Of a stretch of 64,000 bases of DNA, positions 1-11,903 are shown in pieces (within the stretch, counting starts at the first letter, position 1; each line of letters begins with the position of its first letter). The stretch covers positions 29,946,001 through 30,010,000 of the forward strand of contig NC_088806.1 of assembly GCF_011386835.1 (NCBI RefSeq), in the 5' to 3' direction. The position numbers and the translations under genes were made by a program. The stretch is from Chrysemys picta bellii (lineage: Eukaryota). The notes under the pieces are model-generated. The model was not told where the DNA came from. It did no database searches and saw nothing but the letters and a program-made list of their open reading frames with translations.

Positions 1-231
1 TGAAACCACTCATCCTTGATTTCCCTTCCCTCTTCCTATTTTCAGCTGGGGTCCCTCCATTTTGGTCCAGTCCCCACCCCAACATGTCTATTGATGACCA
101 TGGGATGGATACGGCTGCTGATCCTGAGGATTATCCCAGCTGGGGATTTATTCCCTAAATCGGCAGAGAGCTTGGCAGGGCCAGGAAAGACGCGGGTGAT
201 TATTTTTAGTCTCTTGTTCCTCTGACTGGAT

Positions 232-363
232 NNNNNNNNNNNNNNNNNNNNNNNNNNNNNNNNNNNNNNNNNNNNNNNNNNNNNNNNNNNNNNNNNNNNN
301 NNNNNNNNNNNNNNNNNNNNNNNNNNNNNNNNNNNNNNNNNNNNNNNNNNNNNNNNNNNNNNN
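232..363. other. Assembly gap (132 N)
   Basis: Uninterrupted run of N from 232 to 363. Confidence 0.99.
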
Positions 364-558
364 GAGAAGCCAGACAGCTGAAGGTAAAGAGGAAAAAAAA
401 AATTCTTTTGAAAAGTTGTTTCTCTCTGATTAAATAGAGATAGTTTCCCACTTCAAAGGAAGTGCTTCTTTAATGTATTTTAAATGCTTGAATGCGCATG
501 ATGCCTCTGTGCATAAGGCTGACAAGGGCAACATGGGCCTTCTCCCGTTCCTTCTTAC

Positions 559-3115
559 CATGGCCTCTAAAGCAGGTTTGCTGCCCCAGAACAGCATGCG
601 TGGAATGGCCTGCAGCAAGTCAAATGTGCATTCAGATTTTCAATGGCTTTTGTGTACAATGGCAGAGAGGCTGGACCAGATTCCTTGGGATCATAAAAGA
701 ACCCAGGCGAACTTTTGTCCCAGTCTTAAATGTTTCCAAAAGCGCAGCTCTGCTCTGCAAATAGACTCTGTGAAAATGGCACCTTCTTACTGCTCCCTTT
801 GAATGATCTCTGAGTCTGGGCCACTGACTAAACTCACACTCCCATTTGTCCTGAAGAGCCAGCGCTGGTAAGAGAGAGGGAGCGGGGTTGTGTCCATTCT
901 TGTGCATCATCAATAGAATTATTTACTCAGTTCCAACTGGACTCTTGTTGCTGGCTATAGAGTTTGGCCAGGAGGTGTCACTGAGGTCATAATTAAAAGA
1001 CAAGGGGGTTGTACGGTAGTTGCTGAGGGGCTAATTTGACCAGAATAATCTCTCTTCCTGGTGGCACATGAAAAAGGCAGAACCCAGCTTGACTTTCAGA
1101 TTGTAGGCTGAGTTGGCAAGGCTGGCAAGGTTGAGGTAAATAAGCAAATACTCTGGACCAAAGCTCTGAAGCTTTGCCTCCTCAGATAAAATCAGAGCTC
1201 CAGAATGCTGTGGGTGGAGTGGGGTGAAACCTGGGACCACCTCACCTCACCCTGGGCCCAGTTCTCCTTTGTGCCCCATACCTTGTGTCACCATTGACAT
1301 CAGGGCAAAGTCATATTCCCAGGAAGAACACCCACTGTGCATTCACTGTTTGTCAGAGGGTGGTGATGGACGGCAGGAGAGAGATCACTTGATCATTACC
1401 TGTTAGGTTCACTCCCTCTGGGACACCTGGCATTGGATACTGTCGGTAGACAGGGTACTGGGCTGGATGGACCTTTGGTCTGACCCAGTACGGCCATTCT
1501 TATGTTCTTGTGTCAGTGCTAGGTACTGGTGGCTCAGGCCCTGGGCATACAGAAGTCTATAGGTGTTTGAGTATGCAGCATGCACAGGGCAATCAGTAAA
1601 AAGCTCAGGAGTGAAACTGCATGCGGGCGCTTGCTTTGTTTTTCCCTGTATTGTCTAGGATTAGTGCTAATAATGTTGGGGTGATGGACACATCTGCTTT
1701 GGTCTACCCTGAGCCCTGTCAAATGTACAGACCTGGATTACAGTACAATCATGCTGAGTGAACATTGCTAATGTGGCTGTGATTTCCCCCCTCTCCCCCT
1801 TCACATTTTAATGTAAACGCTGCACGACCTGCTTTATTTTTACACATTATATTCTTGTTAGCAAGAGTGGGGAACAGGAGGCAAACACAGCAGTGAGATG
1901 AGGGGAAGGGGGAGCTAGACATGGCACAAAGGCTGAAGAAAGAGTGAAATGGAAGAGTGTTTGTAGGTTACAGTGGAGTGAAGCAAAAGGGGAAATGAAA
2001 ATAGGCAGGGGAGCATGGGGAGGGGAGAGATGAGGGTTAAGGGAGAGAGAGGAAAGAAAATGAAGTATATCTAACTAAGTTCATTTGGACTCTACTTCAT
2101 GAAAACACTACCATTCAGGGTCGCTGGGATTTGAACATGCTCAAAGTTAAGCACATGCTTAAATGCTGTCCTGAATAGGGATGGACAAAAGTGCTTTCTT
2201 ACCTGCACCCATCACCGTGTTACCTGAGTGTCTGAATTTGGGAAGCACTGGGCAAAAGGCTCCTTGAGAGCTTTGGAGAAAAGGTCGATGTGAATGAACC
2301 CAGGGCTCTGCTGGGAAACGCTCCTCACCTCTTCCTCTCCTGCTGCTTGTGTCCTCGTCAGTTCAGGTGCTGGATGCACATGAGAAAGGCATCCACCAAT
2401 GATGATACAGGTGACGGGACCGAGAGGGGCAGAATTAGAGTAGGGGACTAGGAGACACCTGGATACAGCAGCCAGAAAAGTGATGGGACAGGAGGAAGGG
2501 GAAGAGTCTGGCTCAGAGATGGGGATAACACCAGCGATGGCGTGCACACACACATACACACAGAAAGGCAGAGCCACGCGAAGGGGGAACATAACATAGA
2601 AGAGGCACAAAAGCAAGACTTTGAGGATACAGGGAACTTTTTGCTTCCTTTAAAATTAAAATCAGTAGTTAATCTATTGCAGCACAGCAGCTTGTATGGT
2701 AGGGGAAGCAAATCTATACTGCAAGGTTTGTGCCATTCCAGGTGGGAATTTTTGCATAAAGGGCCTATTGTTCATTGGCTGTGCCTGGCAAAAACTACAA
2801 TTGGGAAAAAAAAAGAAGTGACAACTTGTGCCCTTCAGAAGCAGCCCCTTTGCATTCGCCTTCTCGTAAAGCTGCTGCCTTGGGAATCTCAGATCTTTGT
2901 TAAGAAAAGGACATGCAAAAGAAACATACGTTCTCCGGGAGACTCATTACTCAAACGGTTCCAGACCCAGCGAACGAGTGGCGGTGACTTTGGAAGATGA
3001 ACAATCTTATCTCCTGGGTGAAAAGGACCATTTGTTGTTTACTGTCCAGGAGAGAAAACTCACAATAGACACGAGGGGAACTTGGAGAATAGCTAAGCAA
3101 AAGTCGCTGAATGAG
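559..3115 (-). other. Candidate spliced exons 3064-3115, 2224-2369 and 559-609 (unassigned)
   Basis: Each has an AG acceptor and a GT donor (T14CCTTCTCAG; CAG|GTAACA or CAG|GTAAGA; ATG|GTAAGA). Phases are compatible, but the joined peptide is not recognised. Confidence 0.2.
1346..1509 (+). mobile_element. CR1 LINE 3' end (5'-truncated)
   Basis: Typical reptile CR1 3' UTR: ...CACCTGGCATTGG..ACTGTCGGTAGACAGGGTACTGGGCTGGATGGACCTTTGGTCTGACCCAGTACGGCCATTCTTATGTTCTT, ending in the ATTCTTATGTTCTT tail. Confidence 0.85.
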
Positions 3116-5200
3116 CTGAGAAGGAAAAAAAAAAAAAATCCTGCGCTGAACCAGTGACATGTATTCAGATGAGACACAAATTCTTCCCCAGTGCAAATCT
3201 AGCAAGGTGGAGCTAATTAAAAAACAACCATCCTCTTGTCAGTCATTTTTGAGTGTCATTTTCTGGCTAGTTTGCTTCTCGTGCCCTCATTCTCCTCTAA
3301 GGGCCAAGATCCCCTGCTGGACCCCATCTCCCATAATGGACCACAACTTGGGACTCCATAATGCACAGCTTCCCCTCACCACGAGTTTAGTTTGGGGCTG
3401 AAATATTTTGGTTTTTGAGGTTTTCAGTCAAAAATAGCAGGGAGTGTCTGGGGTCTGAAGACGTTGCCAGCAATGGCCTAGGGAAGGCTGCCCAGGCGGG
3501 TTTCTATTGGATTTCCAGGCAACTATTGTTGCATAATTGCTTGTTTAGTTTGGAGATTGGAATGCCAAATCCTGGCTCACCCAGGGCATCAGTTAGTTGT
3601 TTCTCTGTGGTGTCTGGAGCAGACATAGTCCAGATTCCAGAGGAGATCAAGGCTGGACAGAGGCATGAAATTTGTTGGCATATCTTTAATTAAAAGAGAT
3701 TTTACATCCCCCCACTGCTGAATGGCGTCTATTAATGATAAAAGTTCCTGTGGTTTATAATTACCAGTTTGACGAGTTCACGAGTTCTCTGTTAATTATT
3801 ATAATTAGCTTTCACTCAGTGAGAATACAGGAGTTTAACAACAATATTAACAATAGGAGGACTACTATCAAGAATTAACTACAAAGACCTGACTAGAAAG
3901 ATTTCCTCCCGACTGCCAATGAGACTTGTTAATGAACAAGAACCCTGCTCTTTTTCCTTCAGTCTTGCTTAACTCAGCAACTAGCTTGAAAGGTGTTCAG
4001 AGAGTTAAAAGCAATAGTTTTGTCCACATGTTAAAGTGCTAGCTTTGGAAATATGAACCAACCCTGTGCTGCTTAAAATAGGATTGAGCTTTAAACCAGT
4101 AAACACGAGGAAATTATAAGCTAAGGATGCCACAGACCACCTGGCACTTAAGAGAAAGTTGCTTGCACTCAGTTTGCTCAGCTCAGCATTTTAAAACCTT
4201 CCCCCGAAGAGCGCCACGTTTTGCCACGTAGCCACTGTGAAATGGCCATGTGTATAGATACATTGCCCCCCACGGGCCTCTATGCATCTTCCTAGGCTGT
4301 TGGGTCAGCATACTGTGCCAACTCTGCCCAGGGAGCTATTGGGGTGGGTGGATCTGCAGGAAGGAGAGAGGAAGAGGAGGCATAGTGAGGGCAATCCTGA
4401 GCTCTGGCCATCCCCTTGGGGATGCTGTAACATGCAGAGAGGCCCAGCATGGCTGCACAGTCCCAGAATGGGGGCAGTGGTCTGTCCTCAATCCCAGGGG
4501 TAGCCCTGACACCAACATGGGGATGAATTTGGCCCTCGTGCTTAGGAAAGGAACAGAAATACACCACTGGTCAGAGCCAAGCAGGGTGCAACATAATACC
4601 TGGTGCCAATGCACCTACATGCAATGCCCCATCTATCTTAGTTCTGAATCCCATCTTCAGTAGCCCCGGGCCCTAACACCGCTCTGCTAATGTATCGAAT
4701 TCCAATCCATGTGCACTCGGGGATCTGTCACCTTTTCATCTCTCCTCCTACATCCTTTAGGGATGTAACCCTCCCTGGCCTCGACAACCACACAAACGCC
4801 TCCCTGGCTCGTGGTTACATTGGGTATCTGGGGCTGCCAGCACGGTGGTGGAATTTTGGGAAGCCCTGCCCCCTGGGGCAACGTTTGCAGGAGTGATGTG
4901 ACAGAGATGGGCAATAGGTGTTAAAGGAGTTCAGGGAGTGTTACTGATGGAGGTAACGCCTTCTCAGCTGGTATTCTGTTCACAGGAACCAATGGCTTTC
5001 ACTGTAATAGTGAAGAGATGGGGCCTCATCTTCCTCCCAGTTACACACCAGTTTAACTCCCCTGGCTAAAATGGAGTTACTCCTACTTTACAGCGGTGCA
5101 CAGGCCACCTGATACAATGACCACTAAGGTAATGGGACTCCCTTATGGAATTCAGTGGGCTTTGAGACAGGCCATGTGTGAAAACAGAATCGTGACAGCA

Positions 5201-5297
5201 TGCTTGATTCCCCTCTCACTTACACCACATTTACACCAGTGAATTGCACTGGAATGACCCCTATTTACAGTGGTGTGAGTGAAGGAGAATTGGGCCC
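5201..5297. mobile_element. Short palindromic MITE-like repeat
   Basis: Imperfect inverted arms 5208-5228 (TTCCCCTCTCACTTACACCAC) and 5270-5289 (GTGGTGTGAGTGAAGGAGAA). Central palindrome CCAGTG-AATTG-CACTGG at 5236-5252. Confidence 0.55.
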
Positions 5298-6291
5298 AGT
5301 GAACATATTTTTGTATGTATATGTTCAACACTGTACACTCCGAAGCAACATAGCCAAGGAGGTCTTAAGATCCAGTGATTAAATTTCTGCTAAAGCCTTT
5401 CCTCCAGGGAATACACAGCAAGAGACAATAGGCTGAGCAAATATTAGAAAAATATCAATTTTCTGCCTTCCCCAATTTGCTGAAGATGAATGGATTGACT
5501 TCTCAAACACGGCAAGATCTCGACAGCAAAGCTGGATTCAAGATCAACATCGCTCAACTTCTTCCCTAATTTCCAAGTTCAAACGTATACAAAATATTTA
5601 TCTAAAGTACAGAGGCGCTCAGAGAGGCAAGCTGTGCAAATAATTAGTTATCTTAAGCTCTTTCACACCTGAAACAGAAGGGTTTTTTTTAAATTTTTAA
5701 TCACATCTTTGTGGAACTGAGGTAATCACTAAGCAGCTTGTGGGAACAGTCAACCAGATCAATATTATCAGCCGAAAATGCCTTATGACACCCATGTAAA
5801 TCTGTCTGAGATCTGAAACTCTAACATGAAGGAAGTACAGTCACAAAGAGAAAGATTTAGGAGAAGCGGATAGTGCCTGCAGCTGGGAACGGAATATGCA
5901 GCCTCTCATCTCTAGGGCTATGTCTTCACCGTGATGAAAGGGGTGGGTTGGGTGTGTTTTTTCTAGAACAAACATTGAGATAGCCGACTCAACAAGAAAT
6001 CCTGGTGGAGACAAAGCACAGGGAGTTTTTACCTCAGTGTCGCTAGTTAAGCTCAAACCCCTCACATGGGGTTTACTATACCTTTTCGTAGTGAAGATAT
6101 TGTCCAGGTCACTGCTGGGGATCCAGCCCAGGTCAATAGTGATTGAAAACAATCACTGAAGGTTGCTAGGAGGCCTCTGTGAAATGAGGTGGGGGTCCGA
6201 GTCCTGGAAGTCGTAGGTATCTGCACAGAATGCTACCACCCCCAACTAGTGCCAGCTGCCCCCCTCATCATTCTTAACAGGAACTAAGGAT

Positions 6292-6759
6292 TAGAGCTAG
6301 TAGGGAATTTAACACGGAACCGTTTTTCATCAGAAAGGGCCAGTTTCATAGATTCTAGGACTGGAAGGGACCTTGAGAGGTCATCGAGTCCAGTCCCCTG
6401 CCCGCATTGACACTGAAGCTGTTCACAGGAAAGGGTTGCTTTCAGTGAATTTCCCATTTAAAAAAAAATTGGAAAAAATACGTTGAGGTTGTCAAAACAT
6501 TCTGCTTCAACGTTTTTCAAACAAGAACTTCATTTTTTTTTATCTGAAGCAACTTTTCATTGAGAAATGTAAGTCAATTTATAGTAAAATTAAACAAAGC
6601 AGAAGATATTTTGATTGCTCACACCCAGATTTTTTTCCCCAGACTTTTGGTTCATGAAAATTTGAGATTTTAACTTTTCATCCTCATGCCAGATGGGAAA
6701 GTTTTTTGAAATCTCAAAAATTTTCACAGTGTGGGAAAAATGTTTCCCACCTACCTCTA
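6292..6759. mobile_element. Old AT-rich hAT-type non-autonomous element, interrupted by a CR1/SINE tail
   Basis: Termini TAGAGCTAG...CTACCTCTA. Flanking 8-mers CTAAGGAT (6284-6291) and CTGAGGAT (6760-6767) match 7/8; 8-bp TSDs are typical of hAT. Confidence 0.7.
6346..6404 (-). mobile_element. CR1-type 3' tail (LINE or CR1-tailed SINE)
   Basis: TCATAGATTCTAGGACTGGAAGGGACCTTGAGAGGTCATCGAGTCCAGTCCCCTG is the reverse complement of the CR1 terminal motif, and resembles the tails at 27170 and 34820-34870. Confidence 0.85.
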
Positions 6760-7261
6760 CTGAGGATAGAAGGGCTGCAGAGCTTGAGAACGACAAAGAA
6801 CACGCTAAGAAAGACAACTGTGTCTATGTTCCACTATGTTATATTCAATTGCTTTCCCCAATACGAGGGTCCTAGAGCCCCACCTCGTAGGGTCCTAGTG
6901 CCCGGGCTACAGCGCAAGCCCAAATGTCTACACTATAATTAGACAGCCCCTTTAGTCTGAGCCAGCTGCGCAGGTTTTTAATTGCAGTGTTAGCATACCC
7001 ATAGACACAATTTTAACTGTTTGACTACCACTGAGTGTTGTCTAGGAAGAATGCACCTGTGCTCTGCTGCTGAATGCATTAGGGAAACGTCCAAGTGGAT
7101 CACACTTGCTGTGCTGTGCCATGTACCCTTCTTCAGGTTTAGTATGTTACAGGTTTGTCTACTTCTCAGCAAGCAACTTCTGCAAATCTCCAACTCCCAC
7201 TGTTTTCAACAGATTACTAACAGATCAGACGAATAACACCGCCTCTTTCTTGTCTAGCACT

Positions 7262-7460
7262 TCTCATCCATCGATCTTGAAGTGCTTTACAAAGGAGATC
7301 AGGACCATTATCCCTGTTTAACAGATGTGGAAATTGAGGCCAAGAGAGGGGACATTGCTTGCCCAAGGTCACTCAGAAGACCGGTTGTAGAGCTTGGAAC
7401 AGAGCATTGGTCGTTTTAAGCCCCAGTCCGCGGCTCCATCCACTCCACCACACTGCCTGC
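7262..7460 (-). mobile_element. CORE-SINE (MIR-like), degenerate
   Basis: ATTATCCCTGTTTAACAGATGTGGAAATTGAGGC...GCCCAAGGTCACTCAG resembles the reverse MIR core. Boundaries approximate. Confidence 0.7.
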
Positions 7461-7892
7461 CAAATAACCACAGACCAGAAAGTGTGATGGCGGCTCAGTT
7501 GTTAAAAAATGATGTCATAGTGTAACATCCCTTCCAAAACCCAATTATAAAATACTTCTAAATTTTTTTCCCACTTAGCTATTAGCATCAGTAATTTATT
7601 TATGAAATTCCCAGGGGAGGAAATTCTTGCTAACACCTCAAAGCCACAGACAAAGGTAAAAACCACGTCATAATACATTTAACAAGTGAAAGTACAAACC
7701 ACAGAAAAACAGAGCAGGAGAAGGAGGTGATGTGGGTTGTGTGCGTGGGTGAGAAGAATCCATTCCCCTTCTGGGAATGTATTGAAGGTTTAGCATCAGG
7801 GAACAGATAGTTTAAGCGAAGGGAATCTTCTGACTTCCTCCTTGCAAATAAATCCCCAGTTAGCACAAGCATAACTATGGGATGCTGGGTTA

Positions 7893-7895
<3 letters not shown>

Positions 7896-7928
<33 letters not shown>
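7896..7928. repeat. (CT)n microsatellite, ~16 units
   Basis: Perfect dinucleotide run. Confidence 0.97.
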
Positions 7929-7931
<3 letters not shown>

Positions 7932-10600
7932 GCCTTCTGGGAAATTTCTTTGAACATTTGCAATCTGAGAGTGTGGGCCCCGAGATTTGTTAGACATATC
8001 TGACTTTATTATTTTTTTAAAAGGGGGATATTATCTCCCGCCTCCCAAGGGAAGGGGAAAAGGGAAAAGCCACCGATATGGAGAGGCTGGAGATGGGCTG
8101 CAGTGCCTCATTATTTAAAAAAAAAATATTAAAATATACAGACAGAAATATGCTCTTGCTTTATAACTGAATTCTGTCCTCTAAATATTTCATTTCCGAC
8201 TAATGCATGAGCCAAATGGAAATTTTCAAGCAAAACTGCACTACTTAGAACATGCTAAATTATTGATTCAGCCAGGGAAAAAAGAAAAAGGAAGAAAGCG
8301 CGCCATGCTGCTGTTGAGTTTGTTCTCCTGGTCCCTTCTGTGCACCAGGGGGCACCTGGGCAGGCATTACCAGCCGCAGGATCTGCACACACTTCCCCTT
8401 GGAACTCTTGGAAGGGGGAGTGGAATTTCATCCTGGATGGTGAGGGAATGACAGAGATGTAGGGGCTTGAGGAAATTTTTTTTAGCGGACAGCGAGTGTC
8501 CTTCTCTGGCCAGGAGACCCAGGAAGGAGCGGGTAACTTGAAGGAGACGAGTTAGTGTTCACAGCAGGCACCCCACTGCCAGAACGTGGGATGGTAGCAG
8601 AAGCTTGTTGGGTCAGCACATTGGAGGCCGGAGAGAGCAGCAGATGTGACTGATGTGCCAAGTCCTCCTTGTGGGAGCAGGAGTTGCTGTGAGCATCCTG
8701 CACATGAACACAGCCAAGATTCACACTACATCTTCTGTGATCCAGGGACGGGGATTGGGGCCTGAGAGCTAAATCCAAGAGCCAATATGAGCTTCACAAT
8801 GCTGGCCTCGGCTGGCAGTCCCCCTTCCCCGGCTAGCCATTTGATCTGCTCTAACCTAGTGCTGCGCTGGCAGGGGGCTCCCCTGAGACTTGCGACTGAC
8901 CTTCCCAATCATCAGTGCAGGAGGAGGCTCACTGAACTGGTCTAGTCTGGGAATTGGCCCCTCCTGGATGAGTTTGGCATGAACTGCAGTGAGTTGCATG
9001 AGGCTGGACGAGGTGGTAGGAGCTGTGCAGCGCTCAGTCCACTGGGCACCTGCCTGCTACCTTACAAAGCCCTCTGCAGGGCTCTGTGCTGGCCAACTCC
9101 CTACTGGCCTTTGACACTTCCCCGGACTCGGCACCCTCTGCAGTCGCCACACCTCACCAAAGTGGCTAGGGAGGACACATTCATCTCACCTAGTTCTCCC
9201 TCACTTAACTAACAGCCATGAGTGCCATCCCTGCACTGCCCCTGCTACAGCGGGACAAACAGTTCCTGAGGAAAGATTTGAATCAACAGGAAATTGAATT
9301 TTCAACTAAATGAAAGTGTCCATGGATGGAGTCCCCTAATTTTGTTGACACTTTCAGTGGAAAATCCTTCATTTCCCAGCTGGCCCTGGAGGTGGACGAG
9401 TTACCCTGAAGAACAGACATTATTCTGCACAAGCTGCTTTCTCCCTCACCCCCATGAAAGAAAAATCTGTAGAGAAAAGTCACTTGGTACTCACATCAAA
9501 GGGAAAAAAGATGGCTGTGTCTGAGGGTTTGGATACACTACAGAAACTGGCCCAGCCCTTTGGTGTAGATGCAGCCTACAGAAACAGAAGGGATTTTTCT
9601 GTCAGGATAGGAGGAACACGACCTCCCTGAATGAAATTAGTAACGTTGATAGATGTCCTCTTCTGCCGATACAGACACAGCCACGGTATGGCTACATCTG
9701 GCAGTGGTGTGATTTTTACACAGCTCTGACTGAAGTAGCTATGTTGATATAAAGTTCAGTCTAAAATAATCTTATTTTTTTTGGCTTCCCTTAACCACAC
9801 TCCTATCACTTGCCAGGCCCAAATGAAGAGCCAGATCTGGAAGGTTTTACAGAAGGAAAACCATGGAGGAATATTTGTTCTCTGGTTATTTATACTGCAT
9901 GTAATAACTTTTTTTCTTCAATGATGATATTTGTGTGAGCTCTTCCTTGAGGGTGTCTTGCTCAAAAATGCTTTTTAGCCTATTGAAGCTAAGTACTGCA
10001 TTCGGGTGAAGAGGAATAAGAAGAGTTTGACTCATCTAGTTTCAGCTAACAGAACCACAACCAAGACATACATTATTTTCTGAGGTTAAAAACAAGCAAC
10101 TGAAACTTCTGGTTGTTTTTTTAACTGGGTTATAAAGTGTGAGTTAGGTAAACTCCATCGCCTGGGTGTTACCATTTCCCTTCCCCTTTGGGTTTAAACA
10201 CAGCCCAGTTGCACAGCAGAACAGAGCGGCACATCAGAAGCACACTGGTTGGGAAACAGTCCATTCCAGTTGTTGGACAGATGGAGTTAAGTGCCATTGG
10301 AACACACATGCACAGTTTCCTCCATTGTCCTCATCTCGTAGTTGGTCCACACAGAGGATAACAGCCTATTACTGCTACCCCCAATGGAGTTATTCTCTTA
10401 GCTCAAGCATTGGAGCTCAGTCTTTTGGTGCGGAAGATAATGGGTCCAAATCTTGCTTATGACTGATGTGGAGGGGGCATCAGCTGGAGAGCAGAAGCAG
10501 GTTTCTGGCCAGCCTACATCTAACCATTGTGAAAGCAACCGATGCAGTAGAGAGATGTGTGGTTACAAGTGCCCCAGCCAACTGAACTATCTGTTTCTGA

Positions 10601-10793
10601 GGCCTGGTCTGCACTACAGCAGGCAGGGGTATGAAAAATCCACAGCCCTTAGTGCTGTAGCTATGCCAACCGAACTCCTGGTGTAGACCTAGCTAGGTCA
10701 GTGGAAGAATGATTGGGGAGGTGATGTTCCTGCAGAGATGAAAAAACCCTGCCATGGCTATACCATTATAGCCCCTGTAGTGTAGATGAGGCC
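10601..10793. mobile_element. Harbinger-like MITE
   Basis: Terminal inverted repeats (TIRs) GGCCTGGTCTGCACTACAG / CTGTAGTGTAGATGAGGCC, the same GTCTACAC/GTGTAGAC terminal motif as 11686 and 32918. Confidence 0.65.
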
Positions 10794-11903
10794 AAAGTCA
10801 TGGCATCCACCTTACTGATATCTACCCAAATCAAACCTGACGCTCTCCTCTGTGACTGAGTGGGGCTGGATAATTGAATTTTGATGTCTATTGGTACACA
10901 AGTACAAGCAGCTGGGAACATGAGAGCTTCTCACCACGACGAAGCAACTAACTAAACACACCTGTGTTTGTGGCATTAGCAGGAAAACAGCTTTGGAAAG
11001 CAGAGGAAAGGAACAGAAAATAGGAAATCAATGGCAAGTCGAGACCAGGGAGAGCAATTAGTCCTTGGAGCGCTGCTGCTTACCATGGCGGGACGGCGTT
11101 TTTAAGTGTATATGAACTGGATTTATACACTTACACAGGGCTGAAAAATCTCTCAGACAAAGCAGTTTATTACTGTGGTGCCATTTACAAGGAGAAAAAC
11201 TTTGGCCACTGTAACATGCACAAATGGACTCCAGGGGCCTGATTTTCCTCTCACATAAGAGTAAATCAGGAGCAGCTCCACTCAGTTCAGTGCAATTGCA
11301 GTAATGTACAGTCGGGGTAAGGAGAGAGGTGAGCCAAGCCCAAGATGAACCTGACGGGGAATATCTCCGGTGTGTTCTGTAAAAGGTTTCACTGGTGGCT
11401 GTCACACTCTGCTAAGGGGGTGAGGGTGGATTGTACCCCTTGAGAATGTTAAAACAAACAACAAAAAACACCACCAGGATTGTCTCCTATCGGAGACAAC
11501 TTGAATCATATTGGGGACGAAAATATTTCATAGGGCAAGCTCCACTATTCCACTGAACTTTTTTCTTGGCAAAGAATGGGTTTTGAGGAAATGAAATTTT
11601 TCTAGTATCTGTTGTCCTCTTAAAATGTTTGATTTTTTGGGGTTGGAAAAAAGAAAACATTCAGTCAAAATTTCAGGTTTTGATAGGCTAGGTCTACATT
11701 GGGGGGAGGAATCGATTTAATATACGCAAATTCAGCTACGCGAATAGCGTAGCTGAATTCGACGTATCCTTTTCGACTTACCCACCTAAGGATGGCGGCA
11801 AATCGACCGCCGCGGCTCCCCCGTCGACGGCACTTACTCCTCCTGACGAGGTGGGAGTACGCGCGTCGATTCGGGGATCGATTTATCCGTCTAGATGAGA
11901 TGC

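Noticed and set aside
206-451. ORF spanning the N gap
   Set aside because: Artefact of untranslatable Ns.
8484-8495. REST/NRSE half-site GGACAGCG
   Set aside because: The left half (TCAGCACC) is absent at the proper spacing.
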